Notes under the pieces: generated by a model
Told to the model about the DNA's origin: nothing
What the model saw: the letters and a program-made list of their open reading frames with translations, nothing else
Database searches by the model: none
Position numbers and translations under genes: made by a program
Assembly: GCF_008831285.2 (NCBI RefSeq)
Contig: NC_045138.2
Coordinates: 38,006,001-38,070,000 of the forward strand
Length of the DNA stretch: 64,000 bases
Source: Nymphaea colorata
Lineage: Eukaryota
Reading direction: 5' to 3'
In this document: one piece after another, positions 28,097 through 41,399 of the stretch
Numbering within the stretch: the first letter of the stretch is position 1
How the letters are laid out: each line of letters starts with the position of its first letter

Positions 28097-29628
28097 GCCG
28101 AACGGGTGGTGCTCGGTCAAGAGTCGGCTCGAGTTCGACACGTGGCTCACGTAGACGACCCTAAGATTAAAGTAGTAGAAACGTGATTTTGGTATCTGAG
28201 TTAGCTTTTTAACACTCGTTTTGATGCCAAAATCAGGTTCTCCACTCGGTTTTGGTGCCATCCAAACGGAATCTCGGCCTGGTCGTCCGGAGTGAAGCTG
28301 AAGTCGGTTGTGGTCATGGTTCACTCGTTTCAGTGAACTAACTCGACGACGAACTTGTTATGAGCTAAGTCAAATAGCCAGGAAAGGTTCCTCTCTTCTA
28401 GAGCCTTACGCCCGCACACACATGCTTGGATTTGTTTATGTTGATAAAAAAGCACAATCACCATCATTTCTTAAACAAATCTGAGTATAGGTACGTTCTC
28501 TCTCTCAACGCAAGAACACCCAATTATCGCAAGCCCCCAGATTCGGGGTAGAAAAAGATAGGAAGAATAATTGAATGAAGAATAAAATATTTCAAGGGAC
28601 TTCGAAAAATAGTACCCCGAACCGTCCTTGTTTCTTTCGTTAGTCTTTCTTTCGTTCAATAGAAGAGCACCCTCCACACAAGTTGTTTTTTTGTTGGAGG
28701 AAAGAAAGATTGATGGAAGGAAATGAGGACGGTTCAGGGTGCTATTTTTTGTAGTCCCGTGGTCTCAAAGATTTCATTGTTCATTCAATTATTCTTCCTA
28801 TCTTTTTCTTTTTCCAAATCTGGGGGCTTGCGATAATTGGGTGTTCTTGATCTCAGTAAAGTTTAGATGTCTTTCTCGAAATTCTAGTTTAGATGTCTTT
28901 CTCGAAATTCTTTTTAGACCCGACGAAACACATTTAGCTGCGGATTGGGGAGTCCAAAACTCGGTCATACTTGTCAAACGTGATTCGTGTTTCTAAGAAT
29001 TCTCTTGATACAATAACCAGAGTTTCTTAGCACTTCCCCATGTTTGTGTTAAGACGGACATCAACTCTTAATTGTTACAGAAAATAAAGAAAACCTGGAA
29101 ATCTTTATCAATCCATGTGAACGGTGGAGCTCATAAAACTCGCTAGTTCAACTCGGCCGCCCACCGGTGAAGCCAAGGCATATCGGCTGGTTCGTTTCTC
29201 AATTTTCAGTCTCACTACCACCATTAGTGGGGTCACCACAACAAATGATTGGATGGTGCTTGGAAACAAATATATAAAAAGGAAAGCTGAAGCCTGTTTC
29301 TTAGGATCTTTTTTCAGCTTTCCTACAATCTTTTTGAGGGAGAAGAAGAAAGGTTCTTGAGAAATGTAAAGAAACAGGGTTTACCATTCCTTTCTATATC
29401 TTTGTTTTCGAAGCACCACCTGGTGTGATGAGCCCCACCAGTTGTGGTGATAGTTGTGAGGCTGAGAAATGAAGCCAAACCAACAAGCCGAGATGCCTTT
29501 TCTTCATCTGTTGGGAGCCGAGCTGAACCAGCGAGTTTTATGATCTCGAGTTTCTTGGATAAGATTGGGGTTCGAGGTGCTTTGTGTAATTCTGAAAATA
29601 TATTGCTTCATCTATATGTACTCATTCG
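28097..29628 (+). repeat. Duplication block B, copy 1 (homologous to inferred PHO2 5'UTR intron 1)
   Basis: Colinear with 55050-55725 and 35981-37315; ORFs 28049 and 55068 share WMxPKPSGEPDFGIKTSVKKLTQIPKSRFY. Confidence 0.88.
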
Positions 29629-29629
29629 T

Positions 29630-32600
29630 GAAATTGCAGTTAGCAAAGCCCGAATTCATCGACACCAGCAGTGAAATTAAGTAAATCAATCTCAGAAAAG
29701 GTGTCCTGATCTCCATTGGAGATGAGCTTTCTACATATTTCTAGCCTTGGTCTATCGTCTGAACTATGCAGAAAAGGTGCCCATCCTGCAACTAAAGACA
29801 GCGCACAGGCGGCCATGGCCCTGGGGAAAGAGCTTGGATTTGAAAAAAGCCATTAATATATTGTATCATTTTACTGGGGAGAAGAGTTTGGATTTGAAAA
29901 AGGCTGTTAATATATTGTATGATGTTTTGATTATTTAATTACTGACGAATATCTTGGAATTTTCACGAAATTTAATTGACTCGACCTTCGTTGCATGAAT
30001 ATTACCTAGTTTCATATTACTGTTTACCAAGACTGCAACAAAATTTGTGTTTTACTTTCAACTCTTTGCAACAGGAAACTTCTCTTAGAGCAGTAAACCA
30101 TATCTGTTACTTCTCTAAAATCTGTCATCCAGAGTTTCAAGCGTTTGTCGATCCTTCCAAACTTCGAACAACAAATTCGCAACCATAGTTGTTTCTAAGA
30201 GCCATTCTACCACGAAAACAAATTTCGACCATTTACCCCTCTTGTTATACGTAAGTTCCATCGTCTTGATCGATGAAATGCACTGAATAATTTGAGATTC
30301 TCACCTAATGAAGGTTCATGGTGATAAGTGTGATTGGCAAAAGGGAAAAGAGTATTCATTCCCTGGTGCCTTTGGTGCATTTCGCCTTGTTAAATAGAAG
30401 CACACCAATGAACCTGATCTCCACTTTGTAAATTATTCTCTTAAAGAAGCAAACATATCAGGTGCGGTCGTTAGGCCATGCCTTCCCAAATATGCCTTCT
30501 ATGTTTGCCTCCCAGCCTTCTAAGTTGTTCTTTTTTTAAAATATAACCATGTAGATGGACGCAAAATACATGAATAAAATGCCTTGCAAATCAGAAAGAC
30601 ATGCCCTATGAGGCAGTTAATTTTTAAAATGCTGTAAAATCTAACTTACGTATCTGATTTTTATGTTCTCTCTAATCTTACAAATTCTAACCTTAATTTT
30701 CATCCATCCGCATAATTAGGTTGGTGAAAGTACTATTTAAACGGTTGAGCCATAAGGCACATGAACGGGCCAAGATAAAAGTGAGAGAAGTGACTACATA
30801 TATTACATCTCTTTAACATTGCTTTTGTTAGGTTTCTTTGGAAATCAACATATTTAATAGGTAAGATACTCTTAAGAGACCCAAGCCTCTTCACCTTTTC
30901 TTCGTGCCTCCAAGATGCAACGCTACTTTGGAACATTGGTGGTGAGTGGTACGCCTTTCAATTAAAGTGTCACATATCCTTTATTTGTAGCCAGAAGAGT
31001 GGTACAACTGAACTTCTACTGGCTCGTCCACCTATACTATGCCGTTCCAGATAATTAACCTATTTAATAAAGAACATGCAACCTTTTACATATCATAGCA
31101 ATTATGAGACTGCAACCTTTTACATATCATAGCAATTATGAGACTGAAAACAAAGTCGGGACATCCAACACTTGGGACAACACCATGCCAAGACCAAGAT
31201 AAAGACTGCTGAATTCCCTTTGCTTACGAATTGCTATCAGTACGAGCTCCTAATCAGCATTGTGTCATCAAATGCTCCTGAGGAAGCTTATACCAACATC
31301 AGTTCAACTTTTTAAGTGAGAGAATATACTAAAAATATCAGCAGATATTCTTCTCAGAGTGGGGAGCACAGATCTCTCCACTATGATTCTAGTAAAGAAA
31401 TTCGCTACTAAAATGATCTCACGGATGCTGGCTGGGAGGCGGTCTAACTCCCCAAGTATGCTCTTATTCTTCTCGACACTCATAAATCGTTTTCACCAAT
31501 TCAACTCCAGATGCATGATCTCTGCACTACCAGTTAGGAGAGAGCATATTCCCTGCGATTCTGCGATGTCGTGGGAGACCAACCAAGTGAAGTCGGGAAA
31601 AGTGTGATGCTGAACCAGAAAGGTTGTCCTGCTTTTACTGCGTTTTCTGTAAAAAGTTGAGAGGATTTCCGTATGCTTCTCAAAATCTACCTTTGATTTT
31701 GTGCACGATTCGGTGCATTTCCTTCTTTCTTTCTGTTGTTAATTCCCTTGTGGGGAGACCAGCTGCGAACATTGTCTGAAGTTATGAAAGGTGCCATTCG
31801 GTTCTACGTAGTTGGGGACACTTAATGCTGCTCTGATTGGTTGCTTGAGGATCTTTGAGTCTCAGCAGCAAACAGAAGCAGGAAAGTCAGAGAAAGAATG
31901 AGAATGTTCCAGAATAGCGAGATGTGATTGGATGTCCACCGAAGGGTGGAGGTGTTCCTTTCTTGGGCTATACAGGACTTTATCTCTCTAGGGGATGTTT
32001 GATACGCTTGGTTGGAGTGCAAGTGAGAATCTGCCTAAGATGGTTTGTCTAGGACAAAGTGTCAACATGTCTCATTTTTTTGTTTTTGTTTGAACTATGA
32101 ACAGATTTTACCCAGAGAAAAGGAGTTTTTTGGCCATGAAGTCTTTTGTTGCTGAAAACAATTACATGACTTGAGCATGAGAAGGGTTTAAGCGAACATA
32201 TTTTATCTACCAGATCAATTGTATGATTATATTACGATATTAAATTAAGCAATGCAAAACATATTTGTGTGATTGTTTAGATCTCTTTCTCTCTCTCAAA
32301 CGCACAAAAAGAAAAAGAAATAAATGTTGTCAAGTTAAACATAACTTAAAGTGTAAGTTGAAGAAAACTCTGGTGGCCCTTCTAGGGAAGTTACTTTTGA
32401 GTTGGGGAGTCAATGGATCTGAGTCGGATAGAATATCCAGCCAAACTACTTAAAAAAAGTCGGATATGGAAAAATAATTTTACATTTAAAAGGACATCTA
32501 TTGGTTCTGGATTTGGTTTTCAATAAATTTCCAATCGGATTAAGATCCAGATTTAGTTTCAGATAAATATTCTATATAAATCTAATGCCCATAAATATTG

Positions 32601-32904
32601 AAAGATGGTTCTCAACGTATCGTTGGATTCGGTTGTATACTTAAAAGTCAGATTCAGATGTGAACATAAAAGTCTGATTCAGATTCAAATTGTAAATTTA
32701 AAAGCATGACTAAAATATAGAATGGACTTCTTTCATATTCAAATCTGAATATAATGAACTTCCGTTAAATCAGATCTTTAAGGGTACATCCGGTTTCATC
32801 AGAATCCACTCTTTTGAATCCCTACTTTCAAGGTGACAATAACAAACATATCACACACTCATGCACAAACACACACACACATACGTACAGAGTGAGAGAG
32901 ATTT
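29630..32904 (+). repeat. Block A, copy 2 (5'-truncated)
   Basis: Begins at GAAATTGCAGTTAGCAAA (equivalent to about 23814) directly after block B, and ends at the CA-repeat/GAGAGAGATTTA equivalent to about 27060. Confidence 0.92.
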
Positions 32905-33150
32905 ATTCTTTCTTGATTGACCTTCTTATCCCAAATTGATGGATAGGTGGGTGCAAAACTTTATGGCATTTCGAATTTTGCGTGAGAAGATTGATAGAGA
33001 ATGTTGCCTCTCATGCTGATCCACGCAACCTACACTTGATTTCACTTGAGACATTTTTCAAAGGTTTTAGTGAAGCATCTACCAGCACAACTTCTAGGCT
33101 TTTTAGACCATGAGAACATGTGAAAGTAAACAGTCATTACCTGCAAATCT

Positions 33151-34661
33151 TAAATATGAGCATATTGGTATACTCTTTATTGACCATGAAATTCACACGG
33201 TGAGGAAGATTGTGACTGATCATTATGTATTTCATGCCATAACCCTCTGCCAAAATGGCTCTCATGACCTGCAAATCATCTTTCGCCCCATGTTGATGAC
33301 AGATTTTTCGTGTGCATATGGTTTGGAATACATGTTTTGCTTGGAATATCCCTAATTTGTCGCGTCTAACTTCAGACATGATAAGAAAATGCTATTCATG
33401 GCACATCATGATGTACATGGGATGCTTCGTGCGCATTTCCTCCATTGGCACATTTCTGCAGACTGTTCCTGCGGTTTCTGCAGAAAGCTTTCCTCAAGTT
33501 TGTTGGTTTCCATGCAGGGATAAAGTCCAAACACTGAATAATTTCATGAAATTTACTACCATTTTGTTTGCCTTTACAACAAAACATGCTCTTTTTGTTC
33601 TCTGTTTGAATTTAGGATGTACAATGATTTTTCATGTGCTTGATTTCTGGGTAAAAAAAAAAGCTTCGATATGTTTAATTACCAAACGCTCCTACAATTT
33701 CTAAAATGGAAAACATACTCCAGCTCACATAAAATATACTCCAGCTCCTACAATTTCGATATGTTTAATTATCAGTCTCAGGTTTTCCCATTTCATTTTT
33801 CAGAGAATTGGAGAGCCCTGACCAAAAGGAGCTAGCAACAGTTCTTAGCACTGGGGATGAATTTGTAATCTCCAAGAAGAAGAAGAGGGTTTTATTTGAA
33901 AATACACAAAACTAAAACACGTATTCGAAATCTGCTAATATGGTAGGGACAATCCCGGCAAATAAACCTTAGTTGAAATAATAATGAAAAACATGGTTTC
34001 AAACCGCATTAAGAAATCTAGAGAGTTCTTAGCGAAAGACAATTGGTAAAATTTGCTTCGAAGACAGCGCTAGCATGATGCTTAATTAAATAAATAATTG
34101 CAAAATTTTAAGTCATTATTTCTGGACCAATGAAGTCCAAACAAAGCTCTAAAACCCTCTAGATTGTCTTTCGCTAAAAAAATCATTGTACATCCTAAAT
34201 TCAAACAGAAAGAACAAAAAGAGCATGTTTTGTTGTAAAGGCAAACAAAATGGTAGTAAATTTCATGACATTATTCAGTGTTTGGACTTTATCCCTGCAT
34301 GGAAACCAACAAACTTGAGGAAAGCTTTCTGCAGAAACCGCAGGAACAGTCTGCAGAAATGTGCCAATGGAGGAAATGCGCACGAAGCATCCCATGTACA
34401 TCATGATGTGCCATGAATAGCATTTTCTTATCATGTCTGAAGTTAGACGCGACAAATTAGGGATATTCCAAGCAAAACATGTATTCAAAACCATATGGAC
34501 ACGAAAAATCTGTCATCAACATGGGGCGACAGAAGATTTGCAGGTCATGAGAGCCATTTTGGCAGAGGCTTACGGCATGAAATACATAATGATCAGTCAC
34601 AATCTTCCTCACCATGTGAATTTCATGGTCAATAAAGAGTATACCAATATGCTCATATTTA
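33151..34661. repeat. Inverted repeat: arms 33151-33632 and 34178-34661 (about 480 bp)
   Basis: Mirror-image ORFs in the track (33137- vs 34433+, 33396- vs 34186+, 33312+ vs 34201-); the arms differ by only scattered substitutions. Confidence 0.95.
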
Positions 34662-34672
34662 GTGGAGCATCT

Positions 34673-35502
34673 ACCGCCTTTCTTCGTCCTTCGTCTTCTC
34701 GACTTTTTCCCTTTTCAGAAAGAAAGATGCAGAGAGCTGGGACAGAGGACGATGATGAAGAGGAAGAAAGAGACCCTCCCCCCACAAAAGTATCGGCTGA
34801 CTGTGGGCGCGTTAATATAAAACACTGCAACTCAGAGAGTAGATTCTTGCGGTGCCACCAGGCGATCCCCGTCTCTCTCTTCCGAGGAATAAAAGCCTCG
34901 TAATGACTGATTTGGATTTGATATAAACTATGGATTTGGATCTGGATCCAAATTTAAACTGACCGGCTAACGACAAAAGGTCAGGGAAGACCTTTCTCAT
35001 GGTTGACGTCAACGGCTGTTAACTTCCCTCAGTTTTTTCTCTTGGAAATAATTCGTTAAATTATTTTTCCTATTTCTTCTCATTATTTCTCCACACATGC
35101 TTTGGTAAATTTTAAATAACTACGAAAAGAAAAAACACATGTCAGCATTCTGTCACTACACTTGCAAATGGATCCAAATCCAATACAGCAAAACGCATTA
35201 AAGATCAAATCCAAATCAGTCGCACCAGCCTGTAAATAACTGAAAAGCACAGGGCCAGTGTCGTCATTATAAAGGCTTTTATTCCTCGGAAGAGAGAGAC
35301 GGGGATCGCCTGGTGGCACCGCAGGAATCTACTCTCTGAGTTGCAGTGTTTATATTAACGCGCCCACAGTCAGCCGATACTTTTGTGGAGGGAGGGGCGC
35401 TTTCTTCCTCTTCATCATCGCCGTCTGTCCCATCTCTCTGCATCTTTCTTTCTTTTCTGAAAAGGGAAAAAGTCGAGAAGACGAAGGACGAAGGAAGGCG
35501 GT
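34673..35502. repeat. Inverted repeat of PHO2-upstream sequence: arms about 34673-34945 and 35170-35502
   Basis: Mirror ORFs 34433+/35279- and 34609-/35346+. The right arm is near-identical to about 53990-54320, upstream of PHO2. Confidence 0.92.
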
Positions 35503-37378
35503 CGCAAGAATTCATCTCGGGTTGGTGGCGGAGTCGTGCGATGTTGTGGCGGGTAAGGGAATGGCTTGATCTCTGGGGTTTGGGGAAGGCCGGACTTTTC
35601 TGAGTATCGTCCTCTACCTTCCCTAAATTTTCGTTCCTTCTTCTTCTCTGCCCCTTCCCTTCCCCTTCTGCCTTTCTCTGGAGATCCTACCTAGTAGCTA
35701 CACGATCGTCGAGCGCGGAACGTGGGAAAGGAAAAACAAGAAAGCTAGACACGAAGAACGAAAGAATCCAAGCCAGAGCTTCCTTCTAGGCCGGTCGGAG
35801 CACCGCCGGAGGTCAATATCTCCCGATTCCGTTCTCACGCTCGCAATACCGGAAAAGGTGAATTCATCTGCTCTTTTTTCTGTGTTCGCGTGCCCTTCCT
35901 CCCCTGAGAGGTTTCCTGTCCACTTTTCTTTTTCGAAAAGCCCTTCTCGATGAGCCGCGGTTTACTTAGTAAGATTACCAAACTAACTCGACGACGAACT
36001 GGTTATGAGCTAAGTCGAACTGAGCGACCTGCTTGCTCAGTTCAAAAAGCCAGGAAAAGTTCCTCTCTTCTAGAGCAGTACGCCCGCATCTACAGTTTTT
36101 CTTACTAATGAAACAACACATGCTTGGATTTGTTTGTGTTGATCAAAAAGCATAATTGCCGTCATTTCTTAAACAAATTTGAGTATAGGTACGTTCAGAA
36201 CACCCAATTATCTCAAGCCCCTAGATTTGGGGTGAGAAAAAGATAAAAAGAATAATTGAATGAACAATGAAAAAAAATCAAGGGACTTTCCTTATTTTTT
36301 TCATTAGTCTTTCTTTCGTAGCACCATCCACTACAATAGCACCATCCACGCAAGTCGTTTTTTTGTTAGAGGAAAGAAAGATTGATTAAGGAAATGAGGA
36401 CGTTTTAAGGTGCTATTTTTTGAAGTCTCCTGGTCTCGAGATTTCATTGTTCATTCGGTTATTCTTCTATCTTTTTCCTTGTCCAAATCTGGGGGCTTGC
36501 GATAAGTGGGTGTTCTTAATCTCAGTGAAGTTTATGTCTTTCTCGAAATACTTATTAGAGAGGACGGAACACATTTAGCTGTGAATTGGGGAGTCCAAAA
36601 CTCGGTCATACTTGTCATTATCCTTCAAACGTGATTCGTGTTTCTAAGAATTCTCTTGATACAATAACCAGAGTTTCTTTAAAAAGAATCTGGATGTCAC
36701 TTCCCCATGTTTGTGTTTAGACGACCATCAACTCTTAATTGTAACAGAAAATACTGAAAACCTGGAAACCTTTATCAATCCATGTGAACGGTGGAGCTCA
36801 TAAAACTCACTGGTTCAATTTGGCTGCCCACCGGTGAAGCCAAGGCATATCGGCTGGTTTGTTCGGTTTCATTTCTCAATTTTCAGTCTCACTACCACCA
36901 TTAGTGGGGTCATCACAACAAATGATTGGATGGTGCTTGGAAACAAAGATATAAAAAAAGGAAAGCTGAAGCCTGTTTCTCAATAGCCTTTTTCAGCTTT
37001 CCTACAATCTTTTTGAGGGAGAAGAAGAAAGGTTCTTGAGAAATGTAAAGAAACAGGGTTTACCATTCCTTTTTATATCTTTGTTTCCGAAGCACCACAT
37101 GTGATGAGCCCCGCCAGTTGTGGTGATAGTTGTGAGGCTGAGAAATGAAGCCAAACCAACAAACCGAGAATGAGATGCCTTTTCTTCATTTGTTGGGAGC
37201 CGAGCCGAACCAGCGAGTTTTATGAGCTCAAGTTTCTTGGATAAGATTGCTGTTCGAGGTGCTTTGTGGAATTCTGAAAATATATTGCTTCAAGTAAGGT
37301 ATATATACTCATTCTAGAAAAACGGAAACTTGTATGCTATTTAGAATACATAATCAAACATGCGGCGTGCAGGCTTCC
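35140..37378 (+). repeat. Displaced duplicate of the PHO2 promoter, first non-coding exon and part of intron 1 (block C copy 1 plus block B copy 2)
   Basis: 35140-35980 is near-identical to 53960-54782, including the donor CCGGAAAAG|GTGAAT. 35981-37378 matches 55303-55780 and 28337-29628. Confidence 0.88.
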
Positions 37379-39279
37379 CAATTTATGATCTGTCGACATT
37401 CTTAATGTGTGAAGGGTGATCATCGTATAGGTACAGTTATGCTGATACTCTCTTGATTTTGGAAGTGCTTAATAATTATGTCAAACTAAGTTCAAAATGA
37501 AAAGAGAACTATGTAATTCTTATTTTGATTTGATAATCCAGGCAAAAATATCATGAATTTATGGATCTTTGGGTTGTTTGAACCATGTTCATAAATAAAC
37601 TCGTGAAATGGAAGCAACGAAGCTGGGTCCATCATGGCCGTCTCGGCAGGCTACATTTGCGTGCACCTATGTGGCCAATTGGGCGGTTGTGGGGAGTGCG
37701 GTTGCTACGGCGGGAGTTAAGGCATCATCAATTAGGGTTTAGGGGTTAGGGCTGAACACAAGCCAAGTCGAGCCCGAGCTCGGCTCAAGCTTGAAAATAA
37801 CTCGACTACACTGGCTCAAACTCGACTCGATAGTCACGTGTCGAGCTCGACTCGATTAAGCTCGCTAAACTTGTTTAGTTCAAAAATCCTTACTTGTTGA
37901 GCTCGAGCTCGATTAAGGCTAGATTAACTCGTTACAAAGGAACACAAACAAAAAACCAACTTATCTATTGCAAGAGAAATAAAATTTTGGTAACCAGGAA
38001 CCTATCCCGATTTGGAAACCATATAGCTCGTGAGTCGTGAAAAAAGGCTAAGATTCAAACAAACATTGCAAAACCACACAATTGAGAGGACGAAATATAG
38101 ATGCAATTCCAATTAATAACTACACAAGCGGGAGAGTTTGGAATTCCTGGCTGAGAGTTGAAGTACAATGACAAGCGAGCTTACCTGCAGCTGCAATAAA
38201 GCTAATGGCGGCACAATTAGCCTTATGGACTTAATAATGAATTTAGCAACTCTTGGCGCTATAGAAACAAGAGAACCTTAACCATTCTCAATCACATATA
38301 TGACAATTCACATTCCAGCCTCTCAACACTTACAAAGACATATAAATCAACTATTTATTCGTAGTAGACCTTATTCACCGCAGCTGCCAACAATAACAAT
38401 ATTATAAACAAAACAAGGAAATCATGACTAATGAATTCCTCTCACAGTTCTAAAGTGTAAATAGTCAAATGACAACCATTTCATATGGACAAATAGACGA
38501 ATACATGAACATCAATAGATACTTTAGATAAGCAAAATGAATTCACTTCTGCACTGAAAATAGACTATCAAAAGAGAAATGGAGTATCATAAACAAATCA
38601 AATGATAATAAGCAAGATGAAGGACCTATTGACAATGCAACACAAAATATTTCATAGAGGTCAATAATCACCATTCATTTCACAACTACTATTTGAATAA
38701 AAGGAGCAGATATCTATTGGGAAAAAATTCCTATATGCTCATAGCTCTAGCTCCAAATGGGTGTCAGAACAGTTTCTCCAAATGGAAGGCAGGCCAGTTC
38801 CATCAAATTCATTCCAAATGAATGAGACTTCTACATAATTAGCTTGTTCAGAAGTATGTAAAAATATGTGAACAAATGTTTTAAGAGCCTTCTCTCCTCT
38901 CAAGGAACCAAAACTTGAAAATGAACCATCCATTCTTCTAGCCACAATAACAGCAAAGCTCCTAAATAACATAGAAAAAGGACTATGTCACATTATTGTC
39001 AAATTTAAAAAATTGTTCTTAAGAGGTGAAGGAAAGTTAAAGATTACTTAACATGGAAAAAAAAAGAAACATATACTAATATGGCAGCAGTCCTAACACA
39101 CACATTAACATCATATAACAACCCAAAAAGTTAAAACAAATTCTCTAGTTAAGTATATAATAGGAAATTAAGCAAGCATTAAACAACAAGAATGAACCAT
39201 ATTTCACAAAATGACCAACATTTGGAATGAATAACAATTAACAAGAGCACATCATCGTAGCAGTATACTTTGCATTTAC

Positions 39280-39357
39280 CTCTTCAAGCCGCTTTCTTAT
39301 ACTGTTCTCAGGGCCCAATATGAGGCCAATGAAGTTGATATTTGGATACGCTTTGAG
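39280..39357 (-). pseudogene. Orphan exon fragment of an SF1/branchpoint-bridging-protein-type KH domain
   Basis: Translates to LKAYPNINFIGLILGPENSIRKRLEE followed by a GTAAAT donor, resembling the SF1/STAR KH start (YPxxNFIGLIxGPxGxTxKRLE). No flanking exons of this gene were recognised. Confidence 0.7.
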
Positions 39358-40470
39358 AAATATATAAAAATATGTGAACAGACTTGTAATTTAAATTCCA
39401 AGCACAGACCTGTACATTGCCGAGTACAAATTAAATGTTGTTGCATGAACAAATAAAGCCTAGATTACGTAGTTGGAATCTTTGAAAGAGTCTTGGCAAT
39501 GAAAAATTAACTAAAAAAGAACCTTGGTTTGTTTCTGGCTGTGACAGGAACCTTGGTTTGCTAATGATGCTCTTGATTGAGGTAACATGGAAACTATAAC
39601 AGACTTTTGCTTTGATTATTAAGAAGAAATAAACTCTCCAAGCACTGTTTGTTGAAGCATCACAGTCTCAACTGATGTTATACAACCACTGTAAGATGAA
39701 ATGAAGTCAAACAACATAAATATCCAAGTAGTTAATGACATGTGGAAAAACCAAAGGACTTAGAACAACCTGCAAGCAACGCAATCATGTAATGTGAAAG
39801 TGACAGGTTCACTTTGCTGACTTTTCTGAGATAGCAACTTCTTTTGGCCCTACAAAACGAACAACCTAAACTCCTTCGTAAACTAAGGCACCATGTTTGA
39901 ATGATATTTGATTAAAGACTGCCAAAATCATGATTGCATGTTCAACAGACAACAACTATTTTCTGGAGACTTCAAACACAACATTCGAGTTCAGGCTCCA
40001 TTCAGCAATCAAACGAGAAGTGGAAAAGAGGAAACATCATGTAGTATGCTTCAAAAATAAGATAACATAGCATGTCCAGATGGACGACTTCATCCAGAAA
40101 TTTGGAAGGTAGAAAATAGCACAGCCCGAGCTTGCCACATTGAGTCTATAAGAACCCAAACTGTGTTCAGAAAAAAGCAAAAAAAGACAACCAGGTTTTT
40201 TGGACTGCCAATAAGCTCGTCTCACAATTTCAGGAAAACGAAAATGTGGACAAAACAAAAATGTGGACACGATCCCAGAGTGGCCTATTGTCTAACGAAG
40301 AAGAAAATTGACGAAGATAACACAAAAAGCAGTGTACCCACTTCTCCCAATAAAGGGAAAGTCAACTACAGATCGAGAAAAATAAGAACAATCACCACAA
40401 AATCTTCTTGCTCGTCTATGAAAATGTTCGAAAAGAAACCCTCAAAAACACAAAAAAAAAAGACATTTAC

Positions 40471-40532
40471 CGTTGGAATGGCGCTAGCCACACTAGCAAT
40501 GGCTGCTGCCTTCAGTCCTGCCCGAACCCCCT
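40471..40532 (-). pseudogene. Orphan exon of an early nodulin-93 (ENOD93)-like gene
   Basis: TAG|...|GTAAAT-bounded 62-nt exon encoding (E)GVRAGLKAAAIASVASAIPT, which resembles the ENOD93 family core. The expected next exon (PWAKANLNYTAQALII-like) was not found. Confidence 0.7.
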
Positions 40533-41399
40533 CTACACAAACACCAAGAAACAAGAACTCAAAGTGAAAATTTGTAGCATGTACCAACAAAACCAGCGAA
40601 ACTAATTTGTGGTTTCTCAGAAGGAGATGCAAGGGGAGATCGGTTGAAGGCGGCGGCGCTCACCTGAAACCTTGAAGGATGACACGGAGTAACGAACTTA
40701 CGAGGGTTTCACTTGGGGAAAAAATTTTGATACGATAGAGAGAACAAATGGGCAAAGAGGTACTCACTGGCTCACTGCGACGAGAGATGGAGAGAGTTGT
40801 CGGTGTTTTACCAGGGTCACCAGAATGGCAGAACCCAACGCCGACGGTCCTCGTCAACAAGGAAAGATCAAAGCTGCGGCGGCCTGAAACCAGTTGAAGT
40901 ATGAAGGCATTGAAGGGTTTTCTAAGGAGATGGAGAGGGAGAAGGCTGAAGCGGAGAGCACAGGTAGGAAAGGAGAAGAGAAGGAGAAGTTTCGAGATGA
41001 CGGACGACGAGAGACAGAGAGTCGAAGAGTCGAAGAGAGGGAGAACAAAAAGGAAACAAAGTTAAAACTGAAAAAGAGTTTCCCGCCTGAACGCTGAATC
41101 GGTTCTCGAAAACCCGTAGAGTCAAACTTTAACGGGTTCAGTTGAGTGAACTCGAACTCAACTTTGAGTCGACTCACAAATTCGAGCTTGATTCGTTCAA
41201 TTTCGTTCAAGATATGATGCAGCTCGAACTCGAGAACTCACATATGAGTCGAGTTCGAGTAGTTTGACTCATTGTTCACCCCAAATCATTAACTTCAACT
41301 CGGCTCGACTCTTTGTTCACCCTTAATCTTTTTCCCTTGGGGTTGCATTTGTGTCGTTGGCGATCGGGTCCCCATGTGCAATGTTTGACCTTTGGTAAA

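Larger units (their letters stand above)
37747..41325. mobile_element. hAT-like bracketed (Pack-type) element carrying host exon fragments
   Basis: Left end TAGGGCTGAACACAAGCCAAGTCGAGCCCGAG; right end, reverse-complemented, TAAGGGTGAACAAAGAGTCGAGCCGAG. CTCGA/TCGAG-rich subterminal arrays lie at 37760-37930 and 41120-41310. No clean TSD and no transposase. Confidence 0.5.

Noticed and set aside
34433..34903. 156-aa ORF
   Set aside because: It is a chance fusion across the junction of two inverted-repeat arms, with no recognisable domain.
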